This document shows positions 56,251 to 64,000 of a DNA stretch of 64,000 nt, piece by piece. The translations under genes were made by a program, and so were the position numbers. The notes below the pieces were generated by a model, which had not been told where the DNA came from, searched no databases, and was given only the letters and a program-made list of their open reading frames with translations. The stretch's first letter is position 1; each line of letters starts with the position of its first letter. The stretch lies in NCBI RefSeq assembly GCF_009914755.1, contig NC_060928.1; one strand, 5' to 3'. Source of the stretch: the human T2T-CHM13v2.0 reference genome, Homo sapiens.

Positions 56251-57040
56251 ATGAATGGATTGACAGATGGACAGCCGGGTGGATGGATGAATGGACAGAT
56301 GGATGGATGGACAGATGGACGAATGGCTTGACAGATGGATGGATGAATGGATGGATGGATGAATGGATGGATGGACAGATGGATGAATGGATTGATGGAT
56401 TGATGGATGGATGTATGGATGGATGGACAGATAGATGAATGGATTGATAGATGGATAGAAGAATGGATGGATGGATGGGTGGATGGGGAGATGGATGGAT
56501 GGATGGATGAATGGAAGAATAGATGGATAGATTAATGGATGGACATATGGATGGATAGATGAATGGAGAGATGGATGAATGGATAGATAGATGGATAGAT
56601 GAATGGATGGATGGATGAATGGATAGATGAATGAATGGATTGATAGGTGGATAGATGAATTGATGGACAGGTGGATGGATGGACGGACAGATGGATGAAT
56701 GGATTGATGGATGGATGAATGGATGGATACATGGATAGATGAATGGATGGATAGATGGGTGGATGAATGGATGGATAGATGGATGGACTGATAGATGGAC
56801 AGATGGATGAGTGGATTGATGGATGGATGGATGAATAGATGGATATATGGATGGATGGGTGGGTGGATGGATGGATGGATGGACAGATGAATGAATGGAT
56901 TGATGGATGGATAGACAGATGAATGGATTGATGGATTGATAAATGGATGGATAGGCAGACAGATGGCTGGATAAATAGATGGGTGGATGGACTGATGGAT
57001 GGACAGATGGATGGGTGGATGGAAGAAAGGATGGATGGTG
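56248..57040 (+). repeat. Degenerate (TGGA)n simple repeat, ~0.8 kb
   Basis: ggatggatgaatggatagat... throughout. Confidence 0.95.
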
Positions 57041-57879
57041 ATGTGGTTTTTGGGAAACACTGCTGAGACCGAGAAGACCCTTTACATTTACAGGGTCATC
57101 TTAGGGGATGCTGTGGAAGCCAGGAAATCAGAGTTGGCTCTGATTCTGTCAGGAGGAGCAACAGGGTTCTGCAAGCATTCTGAGCTGGAGAGAAAGCTTA
57201 CCTTGGGCTGCTCCCTATGTCCTGCCTCCTGCTGTGATGCAGCCTCAGGGATCACCCTTGCTTCACACTGAGCACGGCTGTTGGGCAGAGTGCATTTGAA
57301 ACAGAGGGACAGTCCTATAGACCAGGGGACTCTGTGCCTGTGCCATCCCTGAACAAGGACCACACTAATGCTGGGCCAACCCTACCACTTCCTGGGTGCA
57401 TTTGACCTCAAGCAGGACCTTCATCCAGGGGCAGTCTCAGGATAATTGGGGGTGGAGCTGGTCTCAGGTTTTCTCTAGAATGACTTGGTTGAATCCTCTC
57501 CTTTTTGTTAGGGATAGGAAGTGATTCTTTTTCGTTATCTTCACTTTAATTAAGAAATCTTGAACATATCCTGAAAAGTACCTACCATGGTAGGACACAT
57601 GCCCAGGTACTCATGAAACAGAGCCAAATGAATGTTCACTAAATAATCCATCATTGCCTTCTTCCCGGCCTCCCCTGTGGTTAATTTGGGGTCGCATGAT
57701 TAGTGTGGGCCAGTGGATGGTGAGCAGGAATAATGTAGGTGCCATTGAAATTTAGGGCTTCAGTTTTTACCACACCAGAGCCGAGTCCAGCTCAATGCCT
57801 GTAATCTAGCTGTCATCAATGTCAACTTTTTCCATATATGTTTGGAATTGCTCTCTCTCAAAGAAATACACTATGATAG

Positions 57880-58565
57880 CTTCTCTCCTCCATCCTCTCA
57901 CACCCACCCTCACCACCCACCTGGAAGTAACCTCTACCCTGAAATTGGTGTGGGTCATCCCCCTTTTATATTAAAAACATAAAACACAATATACACATCA
58001 TAATGTATCTTGATTGTCTGTCTGTATGTATATATGTATGTCTACCTGCAATCAATATGTTCTGCTGCTTAGCTTGTTTTGCAAAGAATGGCATTACTTT
58101 GCCTTTTGAAGTTTGCTTTATGTGCCCAACTTTGTTTAGGTAATTTGTCCATGTAGCACGTGTAATCTATTTGATTTATGTATTCCCCTGCTGTGGGAGT
58201 GCTAGGATTTCTATCCTGAGATTTTGCCACTCCAATCAGGGCTGCAGCGAGCACCTGTGAACACGTCTCCAGTCAGATGCTTGGATAGGGTGGAAGATGT
58301 GTGCACAACTTTCTTTTTCTCTACCTATTGCCAGCTTATCTGTGAGGTGACTCACTGCTCCACACCTTGGAGTCATCAGACTTTCCATGTTTGCACTCAA
58401 GTGGGTGTGAGATTACAGCTTAATCTTGTTATTTTGCATCTCCCTCATACCTGGTAAGATGGAACATATTTTTCTGTGTTTATTGATTTTTTGGGTCTCG
58501 TCCTCTGTGACTCACCTGCTCATATCTCGTGCCTGTCTTTTTACATTGGGTTGCTTAACTTTTTC
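57880..58565 (-). mobile_element. L1ME-like fragment
   Basis: 'gaagtaacctctaccctgaaattggtg', 'ttttgcatctccct...ggaacatattttt'. Confidence 0.6.
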
Positions 58566-58773
58566 TTGACCCCTACCTCTCTACTCTAAAAAGCCCATGT
58601 CATTTCCAGGCCCCTTAATTTTAAGATGTGCCCTCCAAATGTGTCTTGAACTCCTGCCAGGTACCATTCATTCTTTCCCAACACCTTCTAAGGAGGTTTC
58701 CTCCTAAGAATGTTTTGCCATACCACATTCATGTCTCGAAGTGCAATTGTTAGAATAGCAATTCTGATGGATG

Positions 58774-59180
58774 GTGTATTAGTCAGCTATATGGCAATAA
58801 CGAACCCAGTGGCATGCACTCAGCATTTATTCTCACATCACTGTGTTGACTGTGGTTTGGTTACTTTGGCCAAGGCTTGGCTGGGTGTTCAGGCTGTTGG
58901 CTGATGGGCTTGGGTCTGCTTCATATCTGTTTATACTGGGACTCGAGCTGACAGGAACAGGACTGAGGCCACCAGGACATGTTCTTCTTATGCAGAACAC
59001 CAGAGCTCAGGAACCAAGCTCAACCACACAAGCACATTTTAAGACTTCTGCTCAACTCACATTTGCTAGGGTTCCATTTGCCAAGCCATGGTCAGGTTCA
59101 ACCTCAGTGGGGCAGGGGGAGTACAGTTTGAGGAGGTTGGTGGGGTGGAGGGAAGGGAATGCTTCCTGAATGGTAATTTA
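58774..59180 (-). mobile_element. Old MLT1-type LTR
   Basis: 'tgtattagtcagcta', 'agcatttattctcaca', 'cacaagcacattttaag..tctgct'. Confidence 0.6.
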
Positions 59181-59374
59181 AGGTATTTCAAGTAATAGCT
59201 GATTCCAGAGAATACATATGGTGTGGTCATATTTGATAAATATATTTTAGGGAAGAAAGTTTCAGATTTCTTTACGGTAGGATTTATCAGCGTCTCTGAT
59301 ACACTAATACACATTATACTTCTCCAGGAGAAGGTTACACAACATTTCTTAATCTCATTTAATTCCATAATCTT

Positions 59375-59599
59375 TAATTTTTCTTTAAATTTTATTATGA
59401 TTTATATATATATAAATTTATGAGGTACAAGTATAATTTTGTTACATGTGTAGATTGCATAATGGTGAAGTCAGGGCTTTTGGAGTATTCATCACCCGAA
59501 TAATGTACACTGTATGCACGAAGTAATTTTGAATACTCCACCCCCCCGTACCCCATCACAATTCCAAGTCTCCACTGCCTGTCATTTTCTCTGCCTCCA

Positions 59600-59638
<39 letters not shown>

Positions 59639-62600
59639 TTTTTAGTATCCATTTATGAGTGAGAACATGTGGTATTTGTTGGCTGTAAATATGTGGCTTT
59701 ATTTCTGGGTTCTACGTTCTGTTCCATTGTCTTTCTGTGTCTGCCTCGTTTCACTTAAGGTAACAACCTCCAGTTCTATTTATGTTGCTGCAGAAGACAT
59801 GATCTCATTCATGTTCATGGCTGAGTAGTCTTTCATTGTGTATATACGCCACATTTTCTTTATCCAGTCATCCATTGATAGACACTTGAGTTGATTCCAC
59901 ATCTTTTCTATTGTGAATAGTGCTGCTATAAACATATGAGTGCAGGTATCTTTTTGATATCCTAATTTCTTTTCCCTTTTCCTCTGGGTAGGTACCTAGT
60001 AGTGGGACTGCTGGATCTAATGGTCATTCTATTTTTAGGTATTTGAGCAATCTCTGAACTGTTTTCCGTAGAGGCTGTACTAACTTATATTTCCATGAAC
60101 AGTGTACAAGAGTTGCACTGTTCCACATCCTCACCAACATCTGTTATTTTTTTGTCTTTTTATTAATACCCTTCTGACTGGTGTAAGATGATATCTTATT
60201 GTGGATCTAATTTGCATTTCTCTGATGATTGGTGATGTTGAGCATTTTTTCATCTGCCTGTCGACCATGTGTATGTCTTCTTTTGAAAAATGTCTATTTG
60301 TGTCCTTTGCCCACTTTTAAATATGATTATTTGTTTTTTGTTGTTGTTGAGTTGTTTGAGTTCCTTATAAAGTCTGGATATTAATCCCCTGTTGGATGAA
60401 TAGTTTGCAAATATTTTCTCCCGTTGTGTAGGTTGTCTGTCCATGCTGTTGGTTATTTCTTTTGCTGTGTGGAAGCTTTTCAGTTTAATTAAGGCCTGTT
60501 TGCCTATTTTTGTTTTAGTTGCCTGTGCTTTTCTGGTCTGAGTCATAAATTCTTTGCCTAGACAAATATTCAGAAGAGCTTTCCCTAGGTTTTCTTCTAG
60601 CATTTTTATAGTTTTGGGCCTTACATTAAAGTCTTTAATCCATCTTGAGTTGATTTTTGTATATGGTGAGAGATAGGGGTCCGTTTTCATTCTTCTGCAT
60701 AGGACAATTCATTTTTCCCAGCACCCATTATTGAAGAGTGTGTGTTTTTCCTAATTATGTTTTTGTCAGCTTTGGCAAAAATGAGTTGGCTGTAAATACG
60801 TGGCTTTATTTCTGGGTTCTCCATTCTGTTCCATTGGTTTATGTGTCTATTTGTATAACAGTACCATGCTGTTTTAGTCACTGTAGCCTTGTAATATAAT
60901 TTGAAGTTAGGTAACGTGGTGCCTCCAGCTTTGTTCTTCTTGCTTAGGATTTCTTTTGCTATGTGGGCTCTTTTTGGGTTCCATTTGAATTTAGGGTTAT
61001 TTTTTCTAATTCTGTGAAAAATGAGTTGGTATTTTGGTAGGAATTACATTGAACCTGTAGATTGCTTTGGAATGTATGGTCATTTTAACAGTATTAATTC
61101 TTCTAATCCATGAGTATGAAATGTTTTTTCATTTGTGTCATCTACAATTTCTAAGGAGGCGTTTGTAGTTTTCCTTGTAGAGATCTTTCACTTCCTTGGT
61201 TAAATTTATTTGTAGGTATTTTTCTGGTAGCTATTTTAAATGGGATTGCCTTCTTGATTTCATTCTTAGCTAGATCAATATTGGTATAAAGAAACACTGC
61301 TGATTTTTGTGGCATTGATTTGGTATCCTGTAACTTTACTAAATTCATTTATCAAATCTGTTTTTTCATGGACTCTTTAGTTTTTCCAGCTATAAGATCA
61401 TGTCATCAGTAAACAGGGATAATTTTACTTCCTCTTTTCCAATTTGGATGCCTTTCATTTCTTTCTCTTGGCTGATTGCTGTGGCCAAGACTTCCAGTAC
61501 CATGTTGAATACGAGTGGTGAAAGTGAGCATCTTGGTCTCACTCCAGTTCTTAAAGGAAATACTTCCAACTTTTCTCCATTCAGTATAATGTTGGCTGTG
61601 GGTTTGTTGTATATAGCCTTTATTATTTTGGAGTATATTCCTTCTTTGCCTAGTTTGTATGTGATGTATCATATTTATTGATTTGCATATGTTAAACCAT
61701 CATTGTATCCTTGGTACAAAATCCACTTGATTGTGGTGTATTATCTTTGTGGTGTGTTGTTGGGTTCAGTTTGCTAGTGTTGTGTTGAGGATTGTTGGAT
61801 CATTATTCATATTGACCTGTCGTTTTTTTTTGTTGTGTCCTTTTCTGGTTTTGATATCAGGGAAACGCTGGCTTCATAGAATGAGTTTGGAAGTATTCCC
61901 TCCTCTTCAGTTATTTTTGAGCAGTTTGAGTAGGATTGGTATCAGTTCTTCTTTAAATGTTTGGTAGAATTCAGTGGTGAAACCACTGGATCCTAGGCTT
62001 TTTTTTTTTTTGATAGGAGACTTTATGACAGCTTTGATTTTGTTACTAATTGTTGACTTATTGAGGTTTTCTGTTTTCTCATGGTTCAATCTTGGTGGGT
62101 TGTATGTGTCCAGGAATTTATCCATTTCTTCCAGGTTTTTCAGTTTGTTGGCATATAGTTGTTTATACTTGTCCTAGTAACTCTTCGTATTTCTGTGGTC
62201 TCAGTTGTTATGTCTCTTTTTCATTTCTGATTTTATTTATTTTGAGTTTTCTCTCTTCTTTTCTAGTCGGTCTACTTTGTTGATTTTGTTTATCTTTTCA
62301 AAAGACCAACTTTTCATTTCATTGATTTTCTGTATAGTTTGGTAGTCTCAATTTCATTTATTTCTGCTCCGATTATTATTATTTCTTTCTATTAATTTTG
62401 GATTTGGTTTGTTTTTTCTAGTTCCTTGATTTTTTAAAGTTTATGTTTATTGCTATAAACTTTCCTCTTCGTATTTCCTTGCTGTATCCCATAGATTTGG
62501 GTGTGTTGTGTTTCCATTTTAGTTTGTTTCAAGAAATTTTATAATTTCTTTCTCAATTTCTTTATTGACTCATTGGCCGTTCAGGAGCATGTTGTTTAAT

Positions 62601-64000
62601 TTCCATGTGTTTGTGGAGTTTCTGATGTTCTTCTTGTAATTGATTTCTAGTTTTATTTATTTGCGGTCAGAAAAGATACTTGATATGATTTCTACTTTTA
62701 AAAATTTGTTCAGACCTGTTTCGTGGCCTAAGATATGGTCTATTCTGGAGAATGTTCTATGTGCTGATGAATTCTATAGCATTTGGGTGAAATGTTCCAT
62801 AAATGCCAGTTAGGCCTATTAGGTCTGGTGTGTAGTTTAACTCTGATGTTCCTTTGTTGATCTTCTGTCTGGGTGATCTGTCCATAGCTGCTCATAACTG
62901 AGAGGAGTGTTAAAGTCCCCTGCTGTTACTGTATTTCAGTCTATCTCTTCCTTTAGATTTATTAATGTTTGCTTTATATACTTGGGAGATTCGTGTTGAG
63001 GGCATAGGTATTTAGAATTGTTATATCCTCATGGTGCATTGACCCCTTTATCATTATATAGTGACCTGCTTTGTGTCTTTTTACAGGCTTTGATTTGCAG
63101 CCTATTTCATTGGCTATAAATAGAGCTACTCCTGCTCTTTTTTGGTTTCAAGTTGCATGGAATAACTTTTTCCAGCCCATCGCTTTCAGTCTATGTGTCA
63201 TTATAGGTGAAGTGGGTTTCTCATAGGCATGATATAGTTGAGATTTGTTTCTTTACTCATTCAGCCGCTCTATACCTTTTCATTGGAAAATCGAGGTCAC
63301 TTACATTCAGTACTATTATTCATAAGTAAGGACTTACTATTGCCATTTTGTTGCTTGTTTTCTGTTTATTTTGTATATCCCCTCTTCCTTTCTTACTATT
63401 TTTCTTTGTGGTTAAGTGCTTTTTCTCTAGGAGTATGTTTAACTCCATTGATACTTATTTTTATTAAATCTATTATAGGTTTTTGCATTATGGTTATCAT
63501 GAGGCTTATAAAATCATATAGCATGTTATTTTAAAGTGATAATAATTTAGATCACAAAGAAAAGAATAGAAACAAAAATATTATGCCCTTTATCCTCATC
63601 TCCCCCATATTTTTACTTTTAGTTGTTTCAGTTTACGTATTTCTATATTACCTATTTCTCAGCAAGTTGTTGTAGCTATTACTGTTTTCAATAGATGCAT
63701 CTTCTGGGCTTCATACTAGAGTTATGAGTGGATTGTGTATCACAATTATGGTATTAGAGTATTCTGGGTTTGTCCATGTCCCTAATTTTACCAATGGATT
63801 CTAAACCTTCAGGGTGTTTTTTATTTTTTATGTATTTTTTGCATGCTAGCGTTTTAATTTTTTTTCCTTTCAGATGGAAAAACTCCCTTTAACCTTTCTT
63901 CTAAGACAGATGCGGGGGTGGTGAATTCCCTCAGCTTTTGTTTGTCTAGAAAAGACGATATCTGTCTTTCATATTTGAAGGATAACTTTGCTGGCTATAG
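59375..64000 (-). mobile_element. Degraded L1 (L1PB/L1MA-age), antisense: 3' UTR, ORF2 and the C-terminus of ORF1, running off the window
   Basis: Minus-strand ORF fragments [47 protein letters not shown] (ORF2p); the last ~100 nt translate to PAKLSFKYERQISSFLDKQKLREFTT (ORF1p C-terminus). Many stops and frameshifts. Confidence 0.95.

Larger units (their letters stand above)
51999..64000 (+). other. SORCS2: Following intron (5' part of SORCS2 intron 2)
   Basis: Begins with consensus donor gtaagt; the expected next exon (SSDFG...) is not in the window. Confidence 0.85.

Noticed and set aside
56215-57060. 281-aa HPSI-repeat ORF
   Set aside because: Translation of the (TGGA)n tract.
60250-62125. 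L1 ORF2 peptide fragments as an active retrotransposon
   Set aside because: Multiple stops, frameshifts and deletions; an inactive relic.

Overview
Primate (very probably human) genomic DNA from inside the SORCS2 gene (VPS10-domain receptor, + strand). The only coding sequence I can support is one 68-nt internal exon at 51931-51998 (VILILTKYYHADMGKVLESSLWR), which I recognise from memory as SORCS2 exon 2. The rest is intron, filled with Alu, L1, L2, MIR, MaLR LTRs (THE1, MLT1), hAT DNA transposon relics and large simple or complex tandem repeats. Nearly all ORFs in the supplied track are spurious. I found no convincing new multi-gene system. The best leads are: (1) a ~380-bp inverted duplication 17 kb apart and a 153-bp direct duplication, neither matching a repeat family I recognise; (2) a candidate in-frame 18-nt microexon 421 nt after exon 2; (3) a sense THE1 LTR with an intact DUX4 motif and splice donors, upstream of an exon carrying a strong-Kozak in-frame ATG; (4) old L1 segments apparently rewritten toward GC/CpG; (5) a 52-nt templated insertion inside an L1. 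Repeat subfamily calls and identities were made by eye, with no database search.
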